NCBI GenBank assembly: GCA_964344295.1
Contig: CAYFMR010000003.1
Location: 54,899 to 118,898, forward strand
Origin: an uncultured Peptoniphilaceae bacterium
GTDB lineage: Bacteria; Bacillota; Clostridia; Tissierellales; Peptoniphilaceae
Direction of reading: 5' to 3'
Length of the DNA stretch: 64,000 nucleotides
How positions within the stretch are numbered: position 1 is the stretch's first letter; each line of letters begins with the position of its first letter. Shown piece by piece: positions 1 to 10,108 of the stretch. A model generated the notes under the pieces. That model was not told the origin of the DNA. It worked only from the letters and a program-made list of their open reading frames with translations, and ran no database searches. The translations under genes and the position numbers were made by a program.

Positions 1-2091
1 TTTAGAAGTTCCGGCGAGCCCTACTTTATCCACCCTTACCATGTGGTGTTAATTTTAACGGAATTAAACATGGACATGGAAACCATCGTCTCCGGATTGA
101 TGCATGATTTAATCGAAGATACCGATCTCACCTTGGAAGAGATGTCAGAGATGTTTGGAGAACAAATCGCCAACCTAGTCGATGGGGTCACGAAGCTGAC
201 CAAAATGAAATACAAGACTAAGCAGGAAAATCAAGCAGAAAACCTGCGCAAGATGGTCTTGGCTATGGCCAAAGATATTCGCGTCATCATTGTCAAGTTG
301 GCGGATAGACTTCACAACATGCGGACGTTGGAATACATGACACCAGAAAAGAAACAGGAAAAGGCTTTAGAGACGCTGGAAATCTATGCTCCTTTGGCAC
401 ACCGGCTGGGGATCTCCAAGATTAAGTGGGAGCTGGAAGACTTATCCTTACGGTATTTGGATCCTGAAAACTATCGTGATTTAGTGGAAAAAGTCAATAA
501 AAGACGTCATGAACGCGAAGAAATCATTAACGAAATCATCCGGGAATTAAAAGAGAATCTGGACCAGATGCAGATTCCCAACGAAATTCAGGGAAGACCC
601 AAAAACTTTTATTCGATTTACAAAAAAATGCACAACCAAGGCAAGCTGTTTGAGGAAATTTACGACTTATCGGCCATCCGTGTCTTGGTCGACGACGTGA
701 AGGACTGCTATGGCGTCTTGGGTATTGTGCATACACTGTGGAAGCCCATTCCTGGTCGATTTAAAGATTATATTGCCATGCCCAAACCCAATATGTATCA
801 GAGTTTGCATACCACTGTCATCAACCAGAATGGTGAGATCTTTGAGGTACAAATTCGCACATGGGAGATGCACCGCACGGCAGAATACGGGATCGCAGCT
901 CACTGGAAGTATAAGGCGAGCACCGATAAGAGTACGGATTTCGACGATAAACTCACCTGGTTAAGACAACTCTTAGATTGGGAAAATGACGTCAAAGATC
1001 CCACCGACTTTATGGAAACCTTAAAGGTAGATTATTTTGCAGATGAGGTCTTTGTCTTCACACCGAGAGGAGATGTCATTAATTTACCTGAAGGCTCAAC
1101 ACCCATAGACTTTGCTTATCGGGTACACTCCGATGTGGGAAATCACTGTGTTGGTGCGAAGGTTAACGGACGGATTGTGCCCCTAAACCACGTGCTGACC
1201 AACGGTAATATTGTGGAAGTCATCACTTCTCAAAATGCCGGACCGTCTTATGACTGGCTAAAAATTGTTAAATCCAGCCAGGCGCGACAAAAAATTCGTC
1301 AATATTTTAAAGGGAAAAATCGAGATCAAAATGTATTACGGGGTAAAGAAACTGTAGATCGGGAAATCAAGCGATTCGGCCAATTTCCCCCAGAAGTGAC
1401 GAAAGAAGAAATCACGCAACAGCTTTTGGCACGATTCCGCTATGATAGTGAAGAAGATTTAATGGCAGCCATCGGATATGGCAGCATCAATGCGACACAA
1501 ATCTCAGCGAGGTTGCGTTCCATCTATGAAAAGATGTCTGAGGATTGGGAGAAAGAACAGTTACTCCAATCAACCAAGCGAGAAGCGGAGCGCGAAGCGC
1601 AAAAGGCCAAAAACCGCGAAGAATCGCGTGAAGCAGGCAAAGCAGGCAGTGTGGGAGTGACCGTCAAGGGCATGGATAACATTCAGGTGCGCTTGGCCAA
1701 GTGCTGTAACCCCTTACCGGGAGATCCGATTATCGGATTTGTGACCAAAGGTCGCGGCGTCAGCGTCCACCGTGCTGATTGTCCGAATCTATTACCTAAT
1801 GCGGATCGTTCCCGATTTTTAGACGTGCAGTGGACTGCCACGCAGGATAGCACCTACTATGCAGATATCCAGATGCACGTGGATGACCGCCCCGGTATCT
1901 TAGCTGAGGTCGCCACGCGTATTAATGATGCTAAGGTGGGGTTGGCTAGTTTGAGCTCAAAAGTGTCGGCAGATGGTGTAGGCGTGATTGATGCCACTTT
2001 GAGCTTACATAGCATTGATGAGCTGGATAGCACAATGCAGATGTTAAGTTCGATTAAAGGAATGCGCCAAATCTATCGAGTGATCCAGTGA
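1..2091 (+). CDS. relA: bifunctional (p)ppGpp synthetase/hydrolase, RelA/SpoT homologue; 5' end cut by window edge
   Basis: Frame 1 is open from nt 1 (FRSSGEPYFIHPYHV...), so the ATG at 43 is internal. HD motif HDLIEDT, synthetase blocks YQSLHTTV and EVQIRT, TGS region and ACT-like C-terminus are present. Confidence 0.95.
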   Translation, partial: FRSSGEPYFIHPYHVVLILTELNMDMETIVSGLMHDLIEDTDLTLEEMSEMFGEQIANLVDGVTKLTKMKYKTKQENQAENLRKMVLAMAKDIRVIIVKLADRLHNMRTLEYMTPEKKQEKALETLEIYAPLAHRLGISKIKWELEDLSLRYLDPENYRDLVEKVNKRRHEREEIINEIIRELKENLDQMQIPNEIQGRPKNFYSIYKKMHNQGKLFEEIYDLSAIRVLVDDVKDCYGVLGIVHTLWKPIPGRFKDYIAMPKPNMYQSLHTTVINQNGEIFEVQIRTWEMHRTAEYGIAAHWKYKASTDKSTDFDDKLTWLRQLLDWENDVKDPTDFMETLKVDYFADEVFVFTPRGDVINLPEGSTPIDFAYRVHSDVGNHCVGAKVNGRIVPLNHVLTNGNIVEVITSQNAGPSYDWLKIVKSSQARQKIRQYFKGKNRDQNVLRGKETVDREIKRFGQFPPEVTKEEITQQLLARFRYDSEEDLMAAIGYGSINATQISARLRSIYEKMSEDWEKEQLLQSTKREAEREAQKAKNREESREAGKAGSVGVTVKGMDNIQVRLAKCCNPLPGDPIIGFVTKGRGVSVHRADCPNLLPNADRSRFLDVQWTATQDSTYYADIQMHVDDRPGILAEVATRINDAKVGLASLSSKVSADGVGVIDATLSLHSIDELDSTMQMLSSIKGMRQIYRVIQ

Positions 2092-2101
2092 GGTACATAA
2101 G

Positions 2102-2551
2102 ATGAGAGCAGTGGTACAAAGAATTCGACGAGGAGAAGTGACTGTAGAGAATAAGGTGGTGGGACAATCGGGCCCCGGTTTAATAGCCTATATCGGCGTG
2201 AAAGTCACTGATACCATGGATGATGTGACCTATACGGTCAATAAAATCAGCGGATTGCGCATTTTTGAAGATGACGAAGGCAAGATGAACCGCAGTGTGC
2301 TAGAGTGCCAAGGCAGCGTCTTAGCCGTGAGTCAGTTCACGTTATACGGCGATGCCCGTCATGGCAGACGTCCTTCATTCATTGAAGCGGCTAGACCGGA
2401 GAAAGGTCAGGAGCTATTTGAGGCACTGGTGGATGCTTTACGGAAAAAGGGGCTGGAGGTAGCCACCGGACAATTTGGGGCCCATATGATGGTAGATTAT
2501 ATCAATGACGGTCCCGTCACCATTCTTATCGATAGTGAAAAGACATTTTAG
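2102..2551 (+). CDS. dtd: D-aminoacyl-tRNA deacylase
   Basis: 149 aa. N-terminus MRAVVQRI and the SQFTLYGD block are typical of Dtd. It follows relA as in Bacillus. Confidence 0.93.
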   Translation: MRAVVQRIRRGEVTVENKVVGQSGPGLIAYIGVKVTDTMDDVTYTVNKISGLRIFEDDEGKMNRSVLECQGSVLAVSQFTLYGDARHGRRPSFIEAARPEKGQELFEALVDALRKKGLEVATGQFGAHMMVDYINDGPVTILIDSEKTF

Positions 2552-2560
2552 GAGGTAAGG

Positions 2561-3196
2561 ATGCACATATTAAAGTTAACTTTAGGGGCTTTTCAGTCCA
2601 ATTGTTATATAGGCTATGATGAGGAGTCCTCCCACGCTTTCGTGGTGGATCCCGGGTCTAACGGTCAAGAAGTAGTACAGACCATCAAGGAAAAAGCAGA
2701 CCACTTGGACTATATTTTGTTGACCCATGCTCACGTGGATCACATCGGCGGTGTCGCCGAAGTCAAAAAAACGTTTCCTGATGCGAAGCTACTCATTCAC
2801 CAAGAAGATCAGGACTTGCTGGCAGATGCTAACTTGAACATGAGTACTCAGGCGATGGGTTATCCTGTGTCTTTGCAGGCAGATCAATATGTAAAAGACG
2901 GCGATGTACTACCCTTTGGCAATGAAGAGATCAAGGTCATTCACACCCCGGGGCATACCAAGGGAGGCGTGTGCTATCTGATTGGTGATGTCTGCTTTAC
3001 TGGCGATACGCTTTTTAGTGGTTCCATAGGCCGTTCCGACTTTTATGGCGGGGACTATGAAACGCTGATTCACTCCATTATCACACAGCTGATGGTCTTA
3101 CCGGATGATGTGCGCATTTTACCGGGTCATATGGAGAACAGTACCATCGGTCGTGAGAAAAAAATTAATATGTTTATACGTAAATTTTTCCAATAA
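2561..3196 (+). CDS. MBL-fold metallo-hydrolase (glyoxalase II-like)
   Basis: THAHVDHIGG metal-binding motif, later HTPGHT. AGGAGG lies 6 nt upstream of the ATG. Confidence 0.85.
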   Translation: MHILKLTLGAFQSNCYIGYDEESSHAFVVDPGSNGQEVVQTIKEKADHLDYILLTHAHVDHIGGVAEVKKTFPDAKLLIHQEDQDLLADANLNMSTQAMGYPVSLQADQYVKDGDVLPFGNEEIKVIHTPGHTKGGVCYLIGDVCFTGDTLFSGSIGRSDFYGGDYETLIHSIITQLMVLPDDVRILPGHMENSTIGREKKINMFIRKFFQ

Positions 3197-3206
3197 GGAG
3201 GCTATT

Positions 3207-4979
3207 ATGGGTCAAGGAATGGGCAACTTAAGACGTTCTCACTATTGTGGTGAGGTTTCTAATGGTCAAATCGAAGAGGTGGTCACCGTTATGGGATGGG
3301 TGCAACGCTCTCGAAATTTAGGCCCTATTATTTTTACGGATGTGCGCGATATTACTGGGATCGTACAAGTGGTGGTAGAAGAGACCAATGAAGCCATCTT
3401 TGCTAATGCTAAAGCCTTGCGCAGTGAATACGTGGTAGCAGTAAAGGGTAAAGTGCGCCAACGATCTTCCGTGAACGAACAAATGAAAAACGGGGATATC
3501 GAAATCCTCGCTGATACCTTGGTCATTTTGGACGAAGCCCAGACGCCGCCGATTTATGTCAAAGACGACGACAACGTGGCTGAGACTATGCGTTTGAAAT
3601 ATCGTTATCTGGATTTGCGCAAACCCTTTATGCAAAAAAACTTGCTGACTCGCGCTAAATTGGCTCAGCTGACCCGTGAATTTTTCTCGAAACATCGTTT
3701 TACGGAAATTGAAACCCCTATGTTGACCAAGCCTACGCCGGAAGGAGCCCGTGACTACTTAGTGCCCAGTCGTGTGAACCCGGGCAGTTTTTATGCACTG
3801 CCACAAAGCCCTCAACTGATGAAGCAGCTATTGATGGTTTCTGGTATGGACCGCTACTTCCAAATTACCAAGTGCTTTAGAGACGAAGACTTACGAGCCA
3901 ACCGTCAACCGGAATTTACGCAAATTGACTTGGAAATGAGCTTCGTGGACATTGATGACGTCATTGCCATCAATGAAGAGTACCTGCAATTTATTTTCAA
4001 AGAAATGCTCGACGTAGATTTGCCGATGCCACTTCCCCGTATGACCTACCAAGAGGCGATGGACCGATTCGGTGTGGATAAGCCGGACTTGCGGTTTGGC
4101 ATGGAATTAGTCGATGTGACTGAAGTGGTTAAAGATGTGGAGTTTCGCGTTTTTGCCGACCAGGCTAAGAAGGGTCACAGTGTGCGAGCCATTGTGGTCA
4201 AGGGTGGTGCAAAAACCTATTCCCGTAAGAATATCGATAAGCTGGAAGTGAAGGCCAAGGATTACGGTGCCAAAGGGTTGGCTTGGATCAAAGTGGAAGA
4301 GGAACTCAAAAGCCCTATTGCTAAATTTCTCGGGGAAACATTAAATGCCATCGTGGCGCAAGTGGAAGCAGAAAAAGGGGACTTGATTTTATTGGTGGCC
4401 GATAAGGACGAAGTGGTCTATGCCGCTTTGGGTAACTTGCGCAATCATATTGCTAAAGAGCAAGATCTGTATGATCCTAATTCCATTGCTGCCACTTGGA
4501 TCGTGGAATTTCCACTGTTTGAATACGATGAAGAAGAGGGACGTTATGTGGCTAAGCACCACCCCTTTACGTCCCCGGTGATGGAGGATTTGGATATTCT
4601 GGAAACAGAACCGGAAAACGTACGTGCGAAAGCCTATGATATTGTCATCAATGGCGATGAAATGGGTGGCGGTAGCATCCGGATTCACAATAGCGAGTTG
4701 CAGTCTCGCATGTTCAAGGCCTTAGGCTTTAGTGAAGAAGAAGCACAGTTAAAATTTGGCTTCCTCTTGGAAGCATTTCAATACGGCACTCCGCCTCATG
4801 GCGGCTTAGCCTACGGTTTTGACCGCTTGGTCATGCTTTTTACGGGCATGGACAACATTCGCGACGTCATCGCTTTCCCCAAAACACAATCGGCGACCTG
4901 TCTCTTAACGGCAGCACCCACCGTGGTTAGCAAAGCACAGTTGGCGGAAGCACATATTCGTGTCGATGACGGTCAATAG
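3207..4979 (+). CDS. aspS: aspartate--tRNA ligase
   Basis: Class II aaRS blocks (FRDEDLRANRQPEFTQID, GGGSIRIH, PPHGGLAYGFDR). I start at ATG 3207, preceded by AAGGAGG at 3194-3200, not at the upstream in-frame ATG 3105. Confidence 0.93.
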   Translation: MGQGMGNLRRSHYCGEVSNGQIEEVVTVMGWVQRSRNLGPIIFTDVRDITGIVQVVVEETNEAIFANAKALRSEYVVAVKGKVRQRSSVNEQMKNGDIEILADTLVILDEAQTPPIYVKDDDNVAETMRLKYRYLDLRKPFMQKNLLTRAKLAQLTREFFSKHRFTEIETPMLTKPTPEGARDYLVPSRVNPGSFYALPQSPQLMKQLLMVSGMDRYFQITKCFRDEDLRANRQPEFTQIDLEMSFVDIDDVIAINEEYLQFIFKEMLDVDLPMPLPRMTYQEAMDRFGVDKPDLRFGMELVDVTEVVKDVEFRVFADQAKKGHSVRAIVVKGGAKTYSRKNIDKLEVKAKDYGAKGLAWIKVEEELKSPIAKFLGETLNAIVAQVEAEKGDLILLVADKDEVVYAALGNLRNHIAKEQDLYDPNSIAATWIVEFPLFEYDEEEGRYVAKHHPFTSPVMEDLDILETEPENVRAKAYDIVINGDEMGGGSIRIHNSELQSRMFKALGFSEEEAQLKFGFLLEAFQYGTPPHGGLAYGFDRLVMLFTGMDNIRDVIAFPKTQSATCLLTAAPTVVSKAQLAEAHIRVDDGQ

Positions 4980-5646
4980 TCGAACCGCCCTCGTCATTGG
5001 CGAGGAAGGACTAGAGTGTCTTAAAAGCGCTCGCATAGCAATCATCGGTCTTGGTGGCGTGGGATCTTATGCAGCTGAGGCGCTCATACGAGTGAATATA
5101 GGGCATATCCTCCTGTGGGATTTTGATGTCATCGAGGTCAGCAACCTCAATCGTCAACTGCCCGCCCTGCATTCGACAGTGGGACATAAAAAAGTGGATG
5201 TAGTGCGGGCGCGGGGAGAAGACATTAATCCAGAAGCTCATTTTACCGTCGTAGATCGGCGCTTTTCTGGGGAGACGCAGCAGTTACTTTTAGACTTTGC
5301 TCCGGATTTTGTCGTGGACTCCATCGATTCGATGAGCGACAAAGTGGATTTGCTGGCATGTTGCTTGGATCATGGTATCTCTGTAATCAGCGTCATGGGT
5401 GCAGGCAATAAACTGGATCCCACCAGATTTCGCATATCGCCTTTAGACAAGACACATACCGACCCACTGGCAAAACTCTTGCGAAAAATAGCTAAAGAAA
5501 AAGAATGGCCGTCATTTCCGGTGGTCTGGTCTGATGAAGCGCCGGTGCGCAAAGGCGGTGGCCCGGTGGGAAGTCTCTCTTTCGTGCCATCGGCAGCCGG
5601 CCTCGTGGCGGCTAGTTATGTGGTCCGCTCTTTACTGGACCGTTAG
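4960..5646 (+). CDS. tcdA: tRNA threonylcarbamoyladenosine dehydratase (ThiF/MoeB-family, TcdA-like)
   Basis: Rossmann motif IIGLGGVGS followed by SNLNRQ. About 228 aa. Overlaps the aspS stop. Confidence 0.8.
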   Translation: MSMTVNSRTALVIGEEGLECLKSARIAIIGLGGVGSYAAEALIRVNIGHILLWDFDVIEVSNLNRQLPALHSTVGHKKVDVVRARGEDINPEAHFTVVDRRFSGETQQLLLDFAPDFVVDSIDSMSDKVDLLACCLDHGISVISVMGAGNKLDPTRFRISPLDKTHTDPLAKLLRKIAKEKEWPSFPVVWSDEAPVRKGGGPVGSLSFVPSAAGLVAASYVVRSLLDR

Positions 5647-5658
5647 AAAGGAAAGAAA

Positions 5659-6102
5659 ATGGAACAAATTGGCGTAGTAACTGGTATCAATCATGATATG
5701 GCAGAAATGACCATTGAGCGGATGTCCGCCTGTGGTGAACACTGCAAAGGATGTACTGCTGGATGTGAAATCAAAAATCACGTCATCCAAGTACCTAATA
5801 GTCTAAATGCCAAAGTGGGTGACCGTGTGGCGCTGATGTCAGAAAGCAAACTCATTTTAAAATATTTGCTGTTAATTTACGGTGTGCCGTTTGTGGGTCT
5901 GGTATTAGGTATGTTTATTGGCTACGGCATTTTCGGAAAAGCTAAAGAAGGACTCATCATCTTAACTGCGCTGGCTTGCTTGGGCCTGGGCTTTCTGGCG
6001 GTACGTCTGATTGACAGAAAATTTCCGCAAAGGCAGGAACAGGTAATCTCCATGAGCCACTTGGTTCTGGAAGAATCAACAGATGACCAACCAGTTGCAT
6101 AA
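5659..6102 (+). CDS. RseC/MucC-family (SoxR-reducing system) membrane protein
   Basis: N-terminal Cys cluster CGEHCKGCTAGC followed by two predicted TM helices. This layout is typical of the family. Confidence 0.7.
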   Translation: MEQIGVVTGINHDMAEMTIERMSACGEHCKGCTAGCEIKNHVIQVPNSLNAKVGDRVALMSESKLILKYLLLIYGVPFVGLVLGMFIGYGIFGKAKEGLIILTALACLGLGFLAVRLIDRKFPQRQEQVISMSHLVLEESTDDQPVA

Positions 6103-6184
6103 AAATGGTACGGCCCCTAAGAAGCTTGTTTTATGATAAGCCAGCGTGTGTGATGTTTAACGATAGACAAAGGAGGCGTGTAGC

Positions 6185-7063
6185 GTGACTGACCAAAAGG
6201 TTCCGGAAAATATTTACGAGACGGAACCGTTTGAAAAAATAAAGGCGATCCTCATAGGCAACTTATGTTGCGCGGTAGCCATTGTCTTATTCTTCAAGCC
6301 CAATGGCTTTTTAAGCGGTGGCATAGGAGGTATTGGCATTTTCCTGGAATACCTAACGGGTTTTCCAGCCGGTGTGACCGTCTTTATCCTGAACGTGCCT
6401 TTGTTTTTTGTGGGCATAAAGCATCTCAACCGGTATTTTGTAATCTACGGCTTTGTATCAGCGGTGATTTTCTCCATCTACCTAAGTTTGTTGAGTGCCA
6501 TTCACTTCCCGCCAATCACCGGTGATCCCATGCTGGATGCCCTAGTGGGTGGCGCCTTGAACGGCTTGGGGATGGGGCTGATGTTTCGCAACGGCACATG
6601 TCAGGGAGGCTTGGACATTGTGGCGGCGCTGATGAAAAAAAAGACCAATATGAACATCGGCAATGCTCTTATGAGCATTAACGCCTTTATCATTGCGGCC
6701 GCTAGCGTGGTTTTTACTCTGCGTCAAGGCCTATACACCATTCTGGCCCTCTACATCGCCTACGAAGTCTTGGATAAGATCCAAATGGGCTTTGGAGAAA
6801 GTAAGCAGGTGATCATCGTCACCAACAAACATCAAGAAGTGACCAAAGCTATCTTGCAACGCATTCACCGTGGAGTGACCTTGATTCATGGTGAAGGAGC
6901 ATGGAACCACAACTCACAAAAATTGATTTATACCGTGGTTTCCAATCGTCAAATGGTGGCGGTGAAGCAGCTGGTCAAAGAGATTGACCCCGATGCCTTC
7001 GTTACCATCACTGATGCCATCGAAGTCAAAGGACGAGGTTTTCGTGATACAGACCTACATTAA
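6185..7063 (+). CDS. YitT-family membrane protein with C-terminal DUF2179 domain
   Basis: Polytopic N-terminal part plus a soluble C-terminal part (VIIVTN...GVTLIHGEGAW...ITDAIEVKGRGF). GTG start 7 nt after AAGGAGG. Confidence 0.8.
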   Translation: MTDQKVPENIYETEPFEKIKAILIGNLCCAVAIVLFFKPNGFLSGGIGGIGIFLEYLTGFPAGVTVFILNVPLFFVGIKHLNRYFVIYGFVSAVIFSIYLSLLSAIHFPPITGDPMLDALVGGALNGLGMGLMFRNGTCQGGLDIVAALMKKKTNMNIGNALMSINAFIIAAASVVFTLRQGLYTILALYIAYEVLDKIQMGFGESKQVIIVTNKHQEVTKAILQRIHRGVTLIHGEGAWNHNSQKLIYTVVSNRQMVAVKQLVKEIDPDAFVTITDAIEVKGRGFRDTDLH

Positions 7064-7086
7064 CAACAAGGAAACTCAATTAAAAA

Positions 7087-7119
7087 GAGCTCGGGGTATA
7101 GGCCCGAGCTCTTTATTTA
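7087..7119. terminator. intrinsic terminator after yitT, usable on both strands
   Basis: Stem GAGCTCGGG (7087-7095) pairs with CCCGAGCTC (7103-7111), followed by a T-rich tract. An A-run precedes the stem. Confidence 0.75.
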
Positions 7120-7380
7120 TTGGTTGACCGAAAATGAATCTTTTCGGTCACATGGGAAACCATCCGCTTCCTTACGGCAGCTAAAACATAGCCTGTGATC
7201 AAATCACAGAAGTTGGCCAAATGGATGTAAGGACGAGGAGGGGATTTGGCTTCACGGATCACAGTTGCCATCTCACGTGCTGGAGTGGTCTGCTTCGTAT
7301 TGGTCTATACCACATCGTGAAGGAAGCTGATGAATGGACGATACATACGGGAAGAAGTCGATATAACTTTTGAAAGCAAT

Positions 7381-7414
7381 AGAAAAGCCTACGGTTTTAC
7401 CGTAGGCTTTTTTT
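7381..7414. terminator. bidirectional intrinsic terminator at the 3' end of nrdG
   Basis: Stem AGCCTACGG (7386-7394) pairs with CCGTAGGCT (7400-7408). It is flanked by an A-run and a T7 run, and the T-run overlaps the nrdG stop codon. Confidence 0.75.
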
Positions 7415-7907
7415 AGTGCATGTAGAGGATCATGTCATGGTGGGTCAAGCTTTTTTGGACATCGATAATACGTTGGTTTTCGCTTCCGCGAAAGGCCAGT
7501 TTGAGATTTTTCTGCTCTTCGATAAAGGGTCCATCCACCAATACATCGGCGTATTTGAGGAGTTTGGTTTTTAAGGGATCGGCTAGGATTTGTTCCCAGA
7601 TGTAACCGGAATAAATCCAAAGGGTCTTATCCGTTTCTTTTCGAAATCGCTGGACCACCGGCAATAGGCCTTCCACATTTTCCATGGGCTCGCCACCGAG
7701 CAAGGTCAGTCCTACAGATTGGGGGTGGTGGATGTAAGAGAAGAGTTCTTCCATCGCCTGATCATCGAAGAGGGAACCTGCGGCTGGGTTTTGGTATTCT
7801 TCGTTAAAGCAATGGGGGCAATGATGGCTACACCCCGTGACAAAGAGGGAGGTGCGGATGCCTTCCCCGTTGGCGATGTCAAATTTGCGAATTTGTCCGT
7901 AACGCAT
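7413..7907 (-). CDS. nrdG: anaerobic ribonucleoside-triphosphate reductase activating protein (radical SAM)
   Basis: CSHHCPHCFN radical-SAM cluster motif. 164 aa. Its start overlaps the nrdD stop (TAATG). Confidence 0.9.
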   Translation of the reverse strand: MRYGQIRKFDIANGEGIRTSLFVTGCSHHCPHCFNEEYQNPAAGSLFDDQAMEELFSYIHHPQSVGLTLLGGEPMENVEGLLPVVQRFRKETDKTLWIYSGYIWEQILADPLKTKLLKYADVLVDGPFIEEQKNLKLAFRGSENQRIIDVQKSLTHHDMILYMH

Positions 7908-10057
7908 TAGATGTGTAAGACGCGATCTTTGATTTCCTTGGTGCGGCCTTCATTCCAGAAATTTTCGCCCAAGTAGCCGCAAGTACGACGAATGACAGTG
8001 AGCATGGAGCGGTCCGTATTATGGCATTGGGGACATTCCCACTCGTTGTCGTCGTTGACTAAGATTTCGCCATCAAAGCCACAAGCGTGGCAGTAGTCGC
8101 TTTTCGTATTAAATTCCGCATAAGTGATATGGTCGTAAATGTATTGGATCATTGATTCCACGGCGTTTAAGTTGTTGGACATGTTGGGGATTTCCGCATA
8201 GCTAATGCAACCGCCGGTGGAAATTTCTTGGAACTGTGCTTCAAAGTCAAATTTGGAGAATACGTCGATTTCTTCGCGGACACTGACGTGATAGGAGTTG
8301 GTGTAATAGCCCTTGTCCGTGACATCTTTGATTTCGCCGAAACGGGCACGGTCCAAAGAGCAGAAACGATTTGTCAAGCTTTCGGCGGGGGTGCCATAAA
8401 GGGCAAATCCTAAACCGGTTTCCGCTTTCCAGTCCATCACCGCATCATGAAGTCGATGCATGACCTTCAAGGCAAACTCTTGTCCTTCCGGATCGGTGTG
8501 GCTGACGCCTTTGATGAGCTTTGTCGCCTCGTAAAGGCCGATATAACCCAAGCTGATGGTGGCATAGCCGTTTTTCAAAAGTTCACCGATGGGTTCATAT
8601 TTCTGTAGGCGTGCGATGGCACCGTATTGCCAGTGGATGGGGGACGCATCGCTGGTGACATCTTTTAAGAGATCATAGCGCAAGAGTAGGGCACGTTTAG
8701 CCAATTCTAAGCGCTTATCCAAGATCTCAAAGTACTTTTCTTCGCTACCGTTAGCCAAGATCCCGATTTGTGGCAAGTTCAAGCTGACGACGCCCATGTT
8801 AAACCGGCCGTCAAAGACGTATTCGCCGTCTTCGTTTTTCCAGGGAGCTAGGAAACTTCTACAACCCATGGGGCTGAAGACGTTACCTTGGTAGATTTCG
8901 CGCATTTTCTTCGCGGAAATGTAATCGGGGTACATACGTTTAGCCGTACATTGGGCGGCCAACTTGGTCAAATAGTAGTATTTGCTGTCCGGGTGAACGT
9001 TATGTTCGTCCAGGACGTAGATGAGCTTGGGAAATGCCGGGGTGATGTAAACGTTGGCTTCGTTTTTCACGCCTTCATAGCGTTGGACCAAGATTTCCTC
9101 GGTGATCAATGCGGCTTCTTTTTCATATTCATAACCGGGCATGAAGTGCATAAACAACGTGACAAACGGAGCTTGCCCATTGGTGGTCATCAAGGTGTTG
9201 ATTTGGTATTGGATGGTTTGGATGCCATCTTTGATTTCTTTTTTCGTACGTTTCCAAGCAATTTCCTCGGCTTTCGCCATATCCGGCTCAATGCCATAAA
9301 CTTCTTTTTGCTCTTCGATGACGGCATCTAAATATTTATTATAGGATTTTCGAACAAAGGGGGCTAAAATACGGTCGATACCGTTAATGGATTGACCGCC
9401 GTATTGACCGGATGCCACTTGAGCGATGATCTGGGTGGTCACCGTACAGGCAACTTGGAAGGATTTCGGGGAATCAATGCGCTTGCCATTGATCACGGTA
9501 CCGTTATTTAACATGTCTTCCAAGTTAATCAGACAGCAGTTAAACATTGGTTGAATGATATAGTCCATATCGTGGAAATGGATGGCACCACTGTCATGAG
9601 CTTGGACGATGTCCGTGGGGATGATCATACGGCGGGCAATGTCTTTGGACACTTCGCCGGCGATTAAGTCCCGTTGGGTGGAGACGATTTTTGCGTCCTT
9701 GTTGGAGTTTTCGTCTAAAACGGCTAGGTTGGACTTGTTTAATAGGCCGATGACATCTTTGTCGGTGGTGTTTTCACGGCGTTTGAACGCTTGAACGGCC
9801 TTATAGTTTTCATAGGCGCGAGCGGTGGCCGGATTGTTGTGTTTTAATAGTTTATAGTAGACCTGATCTTCAATTTCATAGATGGTCATGTCTTTACTTA
9901 AAGCGACGGCAAAATCCTCAATTTCTGCAGCGATTTGCTCAGCTTGGCCTTCTTCATAAATGCCACTGGGGCTTTTCATAGCTTTCTCGATGGCAATGGT
10001 AATCTTCGAAGCATCGAAGGGAACCTTGGAGCCATCTCGTTTGATTACGTGTAGCAT
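7907..10057 (-). CDS. nrdD: anaerobic ribonucleoside-triphosphate reductase, class III
   Basis: N-terminal ATP-cone (MLHVIKRDGSKVPFD), C-terminal Zn site CHACGF...CPQCH and glycyl-radical tail RRTCGYLG. Start moved to ATG 10057, which follows GGAGG. Confidence 0.93.
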   Translation of the reverse strand: MLHVIKRDGSKVPFDASKITIAIEKAMKSPSGIYEEGQAEQIAAEIEDFAVALSKDMTIYEIEDQVYYKLLKHNNPATARAYENYKAVQAFKRRENTTDKDVIGLLNKSNLAVLDENSNKDAKIVSTQRDLIAGEVSKDIARRMIIPTDIVQAHDSGAIHFHDMDYIIQPMFNCCLINLEDMLNNGTVINGKRIDSPKSFQVACTVTTQIIAQVASGQYGGQSINGIDRILAPFVRKSYNKYLDAVIEEQKEVYGIEPDMAKAEEIAWKRTKKEIKDGIQTIQYQINTLMTTNGQAPFVTLFMHFMPGYEYEKEAALITEEILVQRYEGVKNEANVYITPAFPKLIYVLDEHNVHPDSKYYYLTKLAAQCTAKRMYPDYISAKKMREIYQGNVFSPMGCRSFLAPWKNEDGEYVFDGRFNMGVVSLNLPQIGILANGSEEKYFEILDKRLELAKRALLLRYDLLKDVTSDASPIHWQYGAIARLQKYEPIGELLKNGYATISLGYIGLYEATKLIKGVSHTDPEGQEFALKVMHRLHDAVMDWKAETGLGFALYGTPAESLTNRFCSLDRARFGEIKDVTDKGYYTNSYHVSVREEIDVFSKFDFEAQFQEISTGGCISYAEIPNMSNNLNAVESMIQYIYDHITYAEFNTKSDYCHACGFDGEILVNDDNEWECPQCHNTDRSMLTVIRRTCGYLGENFWNEGRTKEIKDRVLHI

Positions 10058-10079
10058 AGCACTTCCTCCTTTTGAGGCC

Positions 10080-10108
10080 ATTATACTATATGTTGTGGCA
10101 AGTAGCAA
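10080..10108 (-). promoter_or_regulatory. sigma-A-type promoter of nrdDG
   Basis: On the minus strand: TTGCTA (10108-10103), 17-nt spacer, TATAAT (10085-10080). About 25 nt upstream of the nrdD start. Confidence 0.55.

Noticed and set aside
3105-3206. Upstream in-frame extensions of several ORFs: aspS 3105, cca 25583, glmM 27124, phoA 31323, dnaG 45735, nrdD 10156, and the gene at 17260
   Set aside because: Each extension overlaps the preceding gene or intergenic DNA and lacks an SD. A downstream start with a canonical SD coincides with the family-typical N-terminus.
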